A stretch of DNA of 64,000 nucleotides, from positions 12,777-76,776 of the IMG/VR virus record IMGVR_UViG_3300047160_005525, one strand, 5' to 3'. This DNA comes from a virus (taxonomy: Duplodnaviria > Caudoviricetes). The first letter of the stretch is position 1; the number at the start of each line of letters is the position of its first letter. Shown piece by piece: positions 47,364 through 56,349 of this stretch. Below the pieces are notes generated by a model, which ran no database searches, was not told the DNA's origin, and saw only the letters and a list, made by a program, of their open reading frames with translations. The position numbers and the translations under genes are program-made.

Positions 47364-47735
47364 ATGACAATGGACCTCTTGAATCATGCTCGCACCCCGG
47401 CCGAGTTTGCAAAGCTGTGGGAAACTGCGAAGACCGCCGGCCAGGCGGCTGCCGAAGAGCAGGACCGCAAGCTCGGCAATGAGAATTGCCGCGGTCTCGA
47501 CTGCGGCTTTGCTTGGGTGACGATGCCCGGAAATATCCCGTTTGCTCGATGGGCAAAGAAGATGGGCATTGCCAGCAAGTCGTATCCGAGTGGCTTGTCT
47601 ATTTGGTACAGCAAGCTGCACAGCTTGCCCACGCAATCGGTCAGCGTTCACGAAGCTGCCGCGCGCGCTGCACGCGACGTGCTCGCGCACGGTTTGCAAT
47701 CCTCGCTGATCGGCATGGGCTCGCGGCTCGACTGA
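47364..47735 (+). CDS. Phage hypothetical protein
   Basis: GLDCGFAWV...QSVSVHEAAARAARDVL. Confidence 0.7.
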   Translation: MTMDLLNHARTPAEFAKLWETAKTAGQAAAEEQDRKLGNENCRGLDCGFAWVTMPGNIPFARWAKKMGIASKSYPSGLSIWYSKLHSLPTQSVSVHEAAARAARDVLAHGLQSSLIGMGSRLD

Positions 47736-47786
47736 ATAAAGCGCCGCCTACGGGCGGCGTCATTGTTCAGCACGAAGGAGAAAGCA

Positions 47787-48017
47787 ATGATCAGTTTGAT
47801 TGTGAAAGGTAACCGCTACGAAGCCGGCTATGCAGCCGCGCAGCATGGCGTCCCGTTCGCGTTCCGGCGTGAAGTAGTGCGAGCAGGTAGCAAGACTGGC
47901 GAGACAGTCGGTCTTACTGCCTCCGAGAATCGCGACAACGTCGTCAAATGGTTTGGCGATGGCTCGCGCATTGCGCCGTTTCCTGTCGGTACGTTGTTGC
48001 TGTTTACCGAGTTGTGA
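47787..48017 (+). CDS. Hypothetical protein
   Basis: AAGGAG RBS. Confidence 0.65.
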   Translation: MISLIVKGNRYEAGYAAAQHGVPFAFRREVVRAGSKTGETVGLTASENRDNVVKWFGDGSRIAPFPVGTLLLFTEL

Positions 48018-48123
48018 ACGGAGCGCTCCGCCTCGCCCTCGGCGGAGATCGCGAGACTACGGGCACGTAAGCACTAAGCGCCCTCTTCGGAGGGCGTCAT
48101 AGTGTTTATGAAAGGAGAAAGCA

Positions 48124-48360
48124 ATGACCAGAGATGCAAAGCAGATTGTGAAACGGTTCGCCTCTGCGATCGCAGCGGCGTCCATGTTCACTCCAGAAGA
48201 CATGCGCCAAGCGGCGGCTCATATCCGCAGCCTTGAGTTCTCCGCCGATGATAATGACGCAGAGCGCTCAGCGATCAATACCTTCGCGCACTTTTTGGAA
48301 AAACGCGCCGAAGAACGAGAGCGGTCGTACCGCGCCGCTTTCGGAAAGGAGAGCGCATGA
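48124..48360 (+). CDS. Hypothetical protein
   Basis: AAAGGAG RBS. Confidence 0.65.
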   Translation: MTRDAKQIVKRFASAIAAASMFTPEDMRQAAAHIRSLEFSADDNDAERSAINTFAHFLEKRAEERERSYRAAFGKESA

Positions 48361-48529
48361 CCATCAAAATCCCCAAGGGCCGTTGGCGCAAACGCATCAG
48401 CGATGAACGCATGCTTGAGGTTGGCACGGCGTATCGCGAGCGGGCCAAGAAACTGCAAAGCCGGCCAGCAACCGTCGTCGAGTCACCGAAAGCAAAGCTG
48501 CAACGTGAACTCAAAGAAAGGAAAAGCAC

Positions 48530-49090
48530 ATGACAACCCGATATCTCAGTTGCGCCGAGACTGCCAAGCTGATCCGCGTGGCACTCAAGAAGGCGTTCCC
48601 TGGCGTCAAGTTCTCCGTGCGATCGAGCACCTATTCCATGGGCGCCTCGATCCGCGTCGGCTGGACCGATGGCCCGACCACTAAGGCGGTCGACGCTGTC
48701 GTCCAGGTCTACAGCGGCGCCGGCTTCGACGGCATGATCGACCTGAAGTATCACAAGTCGGCATGGCTGATGCCGGATGGCAGCGCGACGTTTGCGAAAA
48801 CGTCCGGGACCGCCGGCTCGATGGGCACTGTCGAAAGTGCTCAAGAGATGCAGCCTTCGTCGAAGGCCGAGCAAGTCCACTTCGGCGCCGATTACGTGTT
48901 CACCGAGCGGCGTCATTCATTGCCAGTCTACACCGCGGCAGTGAAGCAACTCTGCGACGACTACGGCCAGCCAATGCCAGAAATCGTCAACGGCCACTGC
49001 GGCCCGTACATCAAAACCAACGACTGGCGCTTTGCCGACACCGGCCAAGACCTGTCGACGCTTGTTCACCGCGCGTTGCAAGACGCGTGA
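48530..49090 (+). CDS. LPD29 (large polyvalent protein-associated domain 29) protein
   Basis: ETAKLIRVALKKAFPGVKFSVRS...GASIRVGWTDGPT...FDGMID...FGADYVF. Confidence 0.8.
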   Translation: MTTRYLSCAETAKLIRVALKKAFPGVKFSVRSSTYSMGASIRVGWTDGPTTKAVDAVVQVYSGAGFDGMIDLKYHKSAWLMPDGSATFAKTSGTAGSMGTVESAQEMQPSSKAEQVHFGADYVFTERRHSLPVYTAAVKQLCDDYGQPMPEIVNGHCGPYIKTNDWRFADTGQDLSTLVHRALQDA

Positions 49091-49154
49091 ATACCGCAGA
49101 GCCCGTCATGTTGGCGGGCTCGACGGTGTTCATTCGAACATCACCAAGTAAGAG

Positions 49155-49400
49155 GTGTTGATAATGATCCACGATAAATACGACGGCCGCAAGGTTCGCA
49201 TCCCGCAACCGAAAAGCGGTTGGGTAAATCCGTTCGCTGGAAAGATCGGCGACGTCAAATACGCGGGCTGGGATGATTGGTATTACGTCTTCGTCGACGG
49301 CAAGTACCTCGTCAAAGCTCAGGCCCACGAGATAGCACGCGATCTCTTATCAGAAAGAGAAGGAGAAAATGACACGACGATCAAGGAGAAAGGACTATGA
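49155..49400 (+). CDS. Hypothetical protein
   Basis: GAGGTG RBS. Confidence 0.55.
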   Translation: MLIMIHDKYDGRKVRIPQPKSGWVNPFAGKIGDVKYAGWDDWYYVFVDGKYLVKAQAHEIARDLLSEREGENDTTIKEKGL

Positions 49401-49930
49401 ACATCACAATCGAGCACGCCTATGGCATTGGCATCAATGGCATCTATCACGTCTTTCGGGACGGAAAGCAGGTTGCCTACATGCAGCGGAGTGGGCGCTC
49501 AACTTGGATAATCTACAGCCTGCACTATAACGAGCGCCTTGCATCTGCAGGGTCTATCGATCTCGCCCGCGCCCGTGCAATGGAGCTTAATTATCCGTCA
49601 GCATGGGAAGTTTACGAGCGCCTTTGCGAGCGCGTTGCCGTAAGACGCAAGGAAGAATTGGAAGCTGCTCACGCCCATGATCTTGCTCGCCTCGCGCGGG
49701 AGATCATCAATGGCTCGAACTTTGCGCATGATGAACTCGCACGGTTAATGCATCGCATCGATACGCTGACGGCGGATCGTAGCGATAACGGGCCGCGCGA
49801 TTCATCCGGCAATTGGATCAAGAACTACAATCGTCCTCACGACTACGGCATTCAGTTGTATCCGGTGCCGCCTGCCGTGAAGACCGAAGAGACACATCGG
49901 CCTTATGGCGAAAGCTATGCATCACCGTGA
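49397..49930 (+). CDS. Hypothetical protein
   Basis: RBS and coupling. Confidence 0.65.
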   Translation: MNITIEHAYGIGINGIYHVFRDGKQVAYMQRSGRSTWIIYSLHYNERLASAGSIDLARARAMELNYPSAWEVYERLCERVAVRRKEELEAAHAHDLARLAREIINGSNFAHDELARLMHRIDTLTADRSDNGPRDSSGNWIKNYNRPHDYGIQLYPVPPAVKTEETHRPYGESYASP

Positions 49931-49994
49931 ATACCGCAGAAGCCCATCGCGTTGATGGGCTCGACGGTGTTCATCGCAACCGAAGGAGAATGAA

Positions 49995-50255
49995 ATGACC
50001 CGCAAAGACAGAGTTACCGAGCTTGCGGCGATCAATCTCGCCGCTGGCGCCGAGGCCGAGCAGATCGGCACGCGCAATCTCACCGCCGCGCTCGAAACTC
50101 TCATCGATCGGCATAGCGTCAAGGCTGTGCTGCTCGATCTGGCTTTCATCTGCCATGACAAGGCAGAAGCCTTTCCGCACGACAAGCGTCAGCGCCTGCG
50201 TTGGCGTCTGGCTAGCATGCTCTGCGACAAGGCCCAACTCAAAGTGGAGGTGTAA
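49995..50255 (+). CDS. Hypothetical protein
   Basis: AAGGAG RBS. Confidence 0.6.
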   Translation: MTRKDRVTELAAINLAAGAEAEQIGTRNLTAALETLIDRHSVKAVLLDLAFICHDKAEAFPHDKRQRLRWRLASMLCDKAQLKVEV

Positions 50256-50256
50256 C

Positions 50257-50526
50257 ATGGGACAATTCAAAAAGGTTGAGCCGTCCGGCGAGGCCTTCAT
50301 CATCGGTGGAGGTGGCGTCGAGAAAAATACGGTCGACGTTCGCATCATCAACCAAGGCAGCATGGTGGGTTTCGTGCCGATCACTACTGCGGCCCAAGCG
50401 TGGTTTGACGAGCACGTTCATTCGGAAGGCTGGCAATGGCTCGGCAATGCGCTTTGGGTCGACCATCGGTATGCCCGCGATCTCACTGCCGGGCTCGCTG
50501 ATGCCGGCATGGAGTTGCGGTCATGA
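50257..50526 (+). CDS. Phage hypothetical protein
   Basis: WQWLGNALWVDHRYA motif; GGAGGT RBS. Confidence 0.65.
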   Translation: MGQFKKVEPSGEAFIIGGGGVEKNTVDVRIINQGSMVGFVPITTAAQAWFDEHVHSEGWQWLGNALWVDHRYARDLTAGLADAGMELRS

Positions 50527-50771
50527 GGCACCTGCGATTCGTTCTTGGCATAATCGGCATTTGGGTGCTCATGATCGGAGCAGTCGTCGCCTTCGTGATG
50601 ATCCCAGACAAATGGGAACGCGCGGGATGGCGTGAGGCAGTTCTGATTAAAATTTGTCCTGGTCGTATCCCCATCGTGCGATTGCCCAATGGCGAAGTGT
50701 GGGCGCGAATGAGTTGGTCGCTACGGTACAAAATCGAAGATGAAGCCAAGATATGCAGGACAAGAACATGA
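50523..50771 (+). CDS. Membrane-anchored hypothetical protein
   Basis: N-terminal TM helix. Confidence 0.55.
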   Translation: MRHLRFVLGIIGIWVLMIGAVVAFVMIPDKWERAGWREAVLIKICPGRIPIVRLPNGEVWARMSWSLRYKIEDEAKICRTRT

Positions 50772-51007
50772 AACTCAAACACCAGCACGAACCGTTCACC
50801 GCCCAGGAGGCCGCCCAACAAGCGGCCTTCGAGGCGGGGGTCGACCATTTTCGCGAGGACCCCGAAGCCGACATGACGACAATTCACCGCCGGGCTTCGA
50901 GCATCTATCCCGACAGCAAGGACGATGCCCTCGCCTATGCCTATGGCTATCTCGCGGCGCGACTTAAGCGTGAGGAATTCCTTCGCGAGAAGCGTGGCGC
51001 TTCCTAG
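50768..51007 (+). CDS. Hypothetical protein
   Basis: Coupled ORF. Confidence 0.55.
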   Translation: MKLKHQHEPFTAQEAAQQAAFEAGVDHFREDPEADMTTIHRRASSIYPDSKDDALAYAYGYLAARLKREEFLREKRGAS

Positions 51008-51348
51008 ATTTTTTCCTTCAGCGCCTCGAACGGTGACCGCGGCGTATCATCACCAGCTACAAGCGCGGATTTGTCGTGACGCTTGGTGATGTGGTCATGG
51101 CGCCCATTGTTGCACTCACGGCACGCGGCGACGATGTTTCCCATCTCGGTCTTGCCGCCGGCGTGCTCGGGAACGAGGTGATCGGCGGTGCAGAACCGCG
51201 GGTGCGTGGGCTCAACGTCGGTGCGCATTGGCTCATTGCACCAATAGCACAAGCCCATTTGCTTGCGACACGCTGCGCGCCGGTACACGGTGAGGGCTGT
51301 GTGACCATGTAGCTTATAGGGGTGATGACGGTGTCCGCGGCGCGGCAT
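51004..51348 (-). CDS. Small HNH endonuclease
   Basis: CYWCNE...TADHLVPEHAGGKTEMGNIVAACRECNNGRH. Confidence 0.88.
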   Translation of the reverse strand: MPRRGHRHHPYKLHGHTALTVYRRAACRKQMGLCYWCNEPMRTDVEPTHPRFCTADHLVPEHAGGKTEMGNIVAACRECNNGRHDHITKRHDKSALVAGDDTPRSPFEALKEKI

Positions 51349-51659
51349 TCCACTGCCTCTTAAGATGCGAGAGTCGGTCGCCTTCCCATGTATACAATGC
51401 TTGCAAGGGCACTCAGAGATGGAGACGACCTCTTTTGTAGCGCTGACGCTCTCGCTCGCCTGCGGAAAGGCTCCGAGGCCCTAGGCAGGGTGCGCCCGGC
51501 TACAGGGCGCCATCTGAGCCGGGCGCGGCAGTCGCGGATGCTCAAGGACATCCCACGACCGCATAATTCTCAGGGACGGGAGGGTTTCCAAGGATTGCGC
51601 TCCCGCCCCTGGTCACGCGTTCGCGGTGTCATGGCGCCGCGTCGCGCGATCTCTAAACT

Positions 51660-52203
51660 TTAACTGGTTGCCTCCACCAGGGATTCGTCGAGCATCGAGA
51701 CATTGCCGGACTTAGAGAACTTCGGCCGCGGGCGGCTGCCGACACCAAGTCGAGTGATGCGCGGGCGAAGAGGCTTGTCGAGCTTCTTGGGCTGGTGTGT
51801 GCCTTCCTTGATTCGCTTTTTCCGGTCCTTGTCCATCCGGCTGCGAGCTTCCAGCGTGCGCCCTGCCGTTGGCTTCCTGAGTTCGATCCGCATCGTCTTC
51901 GCCGAGCCGGTCCTTGTCGAAAGCGTCGATGATTCTACGCGTCGTCGTGGGGATGGTGAAGTGGACGGCGTGCGCCGGCTCCCCATCTTGCGCCTTGAAG
52001 ATGACATAGGCGTCGCGGCCGGAACCGATATAGACGTCGAGCACGTCCTTGTCGCGGCGAATGCCCAACGCCAGAAGACATTGGCCAGGGTCGCCGATCC
52101 GTGCCTTGCGCCGATCGGACCGGTACACCTTGAAGCTCATATTGTACTTGGCCTCGCTCAGCGGATAACGCGTTCCGTCAGGCGCGGTGTAGAATTTTGC
52201 CAT
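51660..52203 (-). pseudogene. Hypothetical gene apparently split by a frameshift near 51900
   Basis: The N-terminal frame (51712-52203) turns low-complexity after FDKDR; an overlapping frame gives KTMRIELRKPT...EATS to the stop at 51660. Confidence 0.45.
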
Positions 52204-52948
52204 GCGGTTCCTCCTGAAGTTCTTGGGCTAGCAGCACCAAACCCTCGGCGACCTCGTGAATTGCGGAGATAAGTTGCGCTTCGTCTTCAGCGGTATGATG
52301 ATCGGCTTTCTTCCAAGCTCGCACGCCAGGCTCGAAATCGCACAGGAAGGCGAATGCCTTGCTCATCAAGGCGTGGACATCGGGGATGTCGGACTTGCCA
52401 CGATGGGAAACAGATGACTTGCTGTCGACGACAGCAGATCGCGTCTTCGCACGATACTCGCTGTCCCGCTTCCGACGCTTTTGCCGCACTTCCACCACAG
52501 TGGTCTTGCCTTCGAACACGCGGATGAGTTCATCGGCGCGTGCGCGCTTCAACGGAATCTTGTGCTCTTTGAGAGCTTTCGGCCAGGCTGTCCCTTTCGT
52601 GAGATCCTTCAAGTCGCGCAACTCCCGACCGAGTTCAAGGTAGTCTTCGTCGATTCTAGCGCAACGGCTGCGAATGCTGCCGACAAGCCGCTCCAGGTGC
52701 TCGGCAGCGTCGCCATAGAAGGCGTTGGCTGGCCGGCCGATCCGCTGGTTGCCCATCTCCAGCATGGCCTTGACCGCCTTGGCGTCGGGCGACAGGTCCG
52801 GCTCCGGGACCGGCTCGGGCGATCTCGGCCGCTGAGGCAGCGGCTTCGCTTTGAGTTCGCCCACGAGGTCGGCCATCATCTCGGTCGCCTCGTCGCAGGA
52901 CTTGATCACGTCCGCCGTCGTCGGCTTGCGGTTATGCCCGTTATTCAC
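52178..52948 (-). CDS. Hypothetical protein, possibly DNA-binding
   Basis: YLELGRELRDLK...W..ALKEHKIPLKRARADELIR. Confidence 0.6.
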   Translation of the reverse strand: MNNGHNRKPTTADVIKSCDEATEMMADLVGELKAKPLPQRPRSPEPVPEPDLSPDAKAVKAMLEMGNQRIGRPANAFYGDAAEHLERLVGSIRSRCARIDEDYLELGRELRDLKDLTKGTAWPKALKEHKIPLKRARADELIRVFEGKTTVVEVRQKRRKRDSEYRAKTRSAVVDSKSSVSHRGKSDIPDVHALMSKAFAFLCDFEPGVRAWKKADHHTAEDEAQLISAIHEVAEGLVLLAQELQEEPHGKILHRA

Positions 52949-53299
52949 AGGTCGCCCCGAATCAACGAGAATGAGAGAGTTGCTCAGAATACGCCGCGCC
53001 TGCTCATAGCGTCAAGTAACGTGCCGTCATCGGCGGCCTACTTTACGGGGGTTTTATGGTCATCCCGGTCGAGGATGTACTCGCCGCAGATTACATCGTC
53101 AGTTTGTGGGGTAAAAAGCGCCGACAATTCGCGCGTGCCTATTGGCTTCATCTCACCCGCGCTACGCCGCGCCCGCCGCTCGATATGTGTTATGGCGCAG
53201 ACCGAATCGAGCGTAAGCTTAATCAAATCAAGGACAGAAAATAAACTTGACCCGCTCAGTCAGCGTGCTCGATTCTCCATCCAGCGATAGGGGGCAAAC

Positions 53300-53533
53300 G
53301 TGGCTGAGAAGCTCGACGAAAATCTCATTGCAGCGCTTCACATGCTCGGTTTCGGTATTCGTGATGACGAAGTCGCGGAGATCAAAGGCGAGATGCGGAT
53401 ACGTCTCTTGCGGCCCGCCGGAAGCAGCGCCTTGCAGTTTGTCATTTGGTTGCCGGATGGCAAGGAAATCATCTTTTCTCTCGGTGGCGAGACCATCATC
53501 GAATTAAGCGAATGCATCAAGCACTTGCAATGA
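53300..53533 (+). CDS. Hypothetical protein, isolated on +
   Basis: GTG start, GGGGG RBS, TTGACC upstream. Confidence 0.45.
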   Translation: MAEKLDENLIAALHMLGFGIRDDEVAEIKGEMRIRLLRPAGSSALQFVIWLPDGKEIIFSLGGETIIELSECIKHLQ

Positions 53534-53669
53534 AACAAACTATTCTTTCCTTCGGCAATTCCGGTTGATCCAACGGTTGAGAATCTTGCGCGCCTCGGCG
53601 TCGGCGGTTTTGCGCGCATCCTCGATGTAAGGGCAGCAGATTGAAGCTGGCAATTGACCAGCGCCGCAG

Positions 53670-54014
53670 TTAAGGACCTTCGCTAGCTCCGATAAATCGG
53701 CGAGCGACGGCGACGTTGCAGTCAGCGCGAGGATGATCAGTAGCATCGAGCACCTCATCGATTTCGATCACGAGCATTGCGAGCGCTGGATAGGCCCAAA
53801 GCTCTTGATGAACTTTTTCAAGGAGCTTGCGCAGCCGCACGACGTCGAGCGCATTCTGCGTGGCTACCCGCCGCATCTTGGTCAGCGCCTTGGTGGCGTG
53901 CGTGAGCGGCTGCTGCAGCCCGACGCGGGCCCGGCGCGCGTCTTCAAGCCTGCTGGCAGGCACGACCGTAAAGCCGTGCTCCTGCAGCGTCTTGATCATT
54001 TCTTGCTCGGTCAT
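53670..54014 (-). CDS. Hypothetical coiled-coil protein
   Basis: Coupled ORF. Confidence 0.5.
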   Translation of the reverse strand: MTEQEMIKTLQEHGFTVVPASRLEDARRARVGLQQPLTHATKALTKMRRVATQNALDVVRLRKLLEKVHQELWAYPALAMLVIEIDEVLDATDHPRADCNVAVARRFIGASEGP

Positions 54015-54400
54015 CCCGCCTGCCTCACTGCCTGCATCATTCGTTTGAGGCTTGCGTCTACCAATTTGTTGACCCGCTCGTGTGTCAACCAGACATCATT
54101 TTTCTTGGCCGTGTCGCGGATGAAGTCTTCGAGATCGGCGCGCTCGCGTTCGATGTTGGCGCGTACTCGCTGAACCGCGATGATCTGCTTGTCCCCAGCA
54201 AGCCTGATGATTTCGTCTTCGGTGGGATCACGCAGCGTCAGATCGTCGGCAAAAATCATGATATGACCGCAGTAAATGCAGATGGTGCAATCGCCAGATT
54301 CCGGGGCGTTGCCATCGGTGAGGCCGGTCGCACCATCGATCTTTTGTCCGCAATTGGTGCAGACGCAGAGCGGCGTATGGTGATCGGTACCGAGTTTCAT
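54011..54400 (-). CDS. CxxC zinc-binding protein
   Basis: CTNCG...CTICIYCGH. Confidence 0.65.
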   Translation of the reverse strand: MKLGTDHHTPLCVCTNCGQKIDGATGLTDGNAPESGDCTICIYCGHIMIFADDLTLRDPTEDEIIRLAGDKQIIAVQRVRANIERERADLEDFIRDTAKKNDVWLTHERVNKLVDASLKRMMQAVRQAG

Positions 54401-54503
54401 TTTTTATGTTCAGTGCTGGTGCCGCCAATGGGGGGCGATATGGCTGACCATCGGCGGCACCCCTTACGCGGGTCGCCATAGCGACATAAACGCCCGCGCA
54501 GCT

Positions 54504-54734
54504 TTATGCACGTGTGCTTTCCAGTTTCATCATGCATTCCATGCAAATGCGTTTGGGTTGTCGCGGCGCGTGCCAACGATGGATGACTCTGATTCCGCAC
54601 ATACAGCAAAAATCGGTGAGATTGTCATCGAACGGCGACGGCGTATCAGCCGGCATGCAGACTAGATAGTCGCACTTTTCCGCTTCGTCTTCGGAAACGA
54701 CGTTGATGTCGCCTATTGGCGTCTTGAGCTTCAT
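54504..54734 (-). CDS. CxxC zinc-binding protein
   Basis: CCMCG...ICMECM. Confidence 0.6.
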   Translation of the reverse strand: MKLKTPIGDINVVSEDEAEKCDYLVCMPADTPSPFDDNLTDFCCMCGIRVIHRWHAPRQPKRICMECMMKLESTRA

Positions 54735-54830
54735 CGCGGATTTCGCCTGATCGTAAAGGTCAAACCGAGCAAACCGGTCGCTAACCAAAAAGCTGCGATC
54801 ACCAAGACGAGGTAATCGTGAGGAATCATC

Positions 54831-55079
54831 TCAAGCATTTTTTGCTTCCGCGGTCGTTTTGAACTTGTTGGCATTCATCCATTTGTCGAGATCACGGACG
54901 TCATACAGCACCGTCTTGCCGAGTTTGATAAACCGTGGGCCGCCGCCTGAGACACGGAGGTTGGTCAGTGTGCTCTCGCCAATGCCGACATACTCGGCGG
55001 CATCGCGAGTGCGCAGTACCTTCGCAGACGGCGCGAGCCGCCCAGACTCGCGACTGCGCTTGCGCTGTTTGACCTCCAT
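54831..55079 (-). CDS. AlpA/MerR-like HTH protein
   Basis: LRTRDAAEYVGIGESTLTNLRVSGGGPRFIKLGKTVLYDVRDLDKW. Confidence 0.88.
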   Translation of the reverse strand: MEVKQRKRSRESGRLAPSAKVLRTRDAAEYVGIGESTLTNLRVSGGGPRFIKLGKTVLYDVRDLDKWMNANKFKTTAEAKNA

Positions 55080-55089
55080 CGGAGCCTTC

Positions 55090-55662
55090 CTACTGCGTTT
55101 CTTCCGTGTCATGCCCGCTCGCGGTGTCGATACCGATGATAGCGTCACGGGCGGCAGTGAGTCCGTGTTTGACCCGCGCTTGGCGCTTGGCCTCTGTCCG
55201 CCCCATGTGTTCCAATTCATCGGCTGTCTTATTCGACATCTCTTCCGGCAGAATGCGCTCCGCTCGAATGCGGTCGGCTGCCTCTTTGCATAGTCCCATG
55301 AACGTTTCGCCGATGTGCTCGATATGCTTTGCCAGCGTCTCACCTTGCTCGCTGTGGGCCTTGACGACGCTGCGCACCATGTCCGCGGCCTTCTTGCAGG
55401 CGATGAGCGCCGGATGCTCGGTTTCATCGATTGGATGGGCGCGATCGACTTCGCGTGCGAGTTCGTCGAAACTGCGCGGCTGCGGCAGTTGTGGTCCATT
55501 TCCCGTGCGGGCTGGCGGTTGAGCGCGACTGGTCATCTGTTTGCTCCGTGTTTGGCTAGGTGTGGTCTCGGCATTGCGCCTCTCGATGTCTTTTAGAATC
55601 TCCTCGATCTCCGGAATGATCTGCTCTTTCTGCTCAGGCTTGTTGGGCGGGGTCATGGCCAT
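55090..55662 (-). CDS. Hypothetical helical protein
   Basis: AAGAGGAG RBS. Confidence 0.6.
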   Translation of the reverse strand: MAMTPPNKPEQKEQIIPEIEEILKDIERRNAETTPSQTRSKQMTSRAQPPARTGNGPQLPQPRSFDELAREVDRAHPIDETEHPALIACKKAADMVRSVVKAHSEQGETLAKHIEHIGETFMGLCKEAADRIRAERILPEEMSNKTADELEHMGRTEAKRQARVKHGLTAARDAIIGIDTASGHDTEETQ

Positions 55663-55680
55663 TTTGTCTCTCTCCTCTTG

Positions 55681-55971
55681 TTACTCTGTCGCTTGTCCGG
55701 GATGTTCGTCGAAGTAATCCATGACGAAGTTCAGCACGCGCTTGCGGGCGCGATCGCTCGATAACGATTTAAGTGCGCCCAGAACAACAACTTGAGCCCG
55801 CATGATCGGATCATCGAGCCCGGCGCGGATGTACTCAGCTTCTTTACGGTCGCTAACGTCGATGTTGGCTTTCACGTTTTTGCCCTCCGGTTTGGTCTCG
55901 CCTCGCAGCTTGCTTGCAAGACCCATGACAATGCCGAGCGCTTCCTGTCCCGTTAGGTCGTCATCAACCAT
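55681..55971 (-). CDS. Hypothetical protein
   Basis: Complete ORF in the block. Confidence 0.55.
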   Translation of the reverse strand: MVDDDLTGQEALGIVMGLASKLRGETKPEGKNVKANIDVSDRKEAEYIRAGLDDPIMRAQVVVLGALKSLSSDRARKRVLNFVMDYFDEHPGQATE

Positions 55972-56154
55972 CTTGCTTAATCCAGTTCGCGGCGAACGTG
56001 AAAATTACTCTTGCGATTTAGAACGTAATTTCCCACACACTCGCCATCTGCGTCCTCAGGTATATCGTCAACCTTGAGAGCAACGGCATAGAGTGGTTCA
56101 CCATCCACTTCGTCACATTGATAGACTAGGATTTCCTTTGGTAGCTTCGCCATC

Positions 56155-56349
56155 TCACGACCTCCCGATCAGCCGTCGCGTTGAATCAGTGGCAACGGCG
56201 TGGAGTTTCGATGAATACTCACTGATTGCCGCGAGGCATTCTTCGAGTTTGCGAATTTCGTCGTTGATCAAGTCGGTCAGTTCCTTGAACTGATCGGCTG
56301 GATTCTGGCTTCGGCGCTCTATCATTTCCGCTCTCCTGATTTTATTCAT
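56155..56349 (-). CDS. Small coiled-coil hypothetical protein
   Basis: Coupled to the upstream gene. Confidence 0.5.
   Translation of the reverse strand: MNKIRRAEMIERRSQNPADQFKELTDLINDEIRKLEECLAAISEYSSKLHAVATDSTRRLIGRS

Larger units (their letters stand above)
47733..49973 (+). repeat. Four dispersed intergenic long hairpins (47733-47769, 48068-48108, 49088-49132, 49928-49973), RNase III site-like
   Basis: Shared TRARYA/GTGTTYA-like outer stem, internal loop and GC-rich inner stem; the last two are near-identical. Confidence 0.75.

Noticed and set aside
52481-53290. Long opposite-strand or alternate-frame ORFs (also 492-971, 15943-16680, 20215-21327, 23217-24215, 61093-61899)
   Set aside because: Shadow ORFs of GC-rich real genes, with no motifs.
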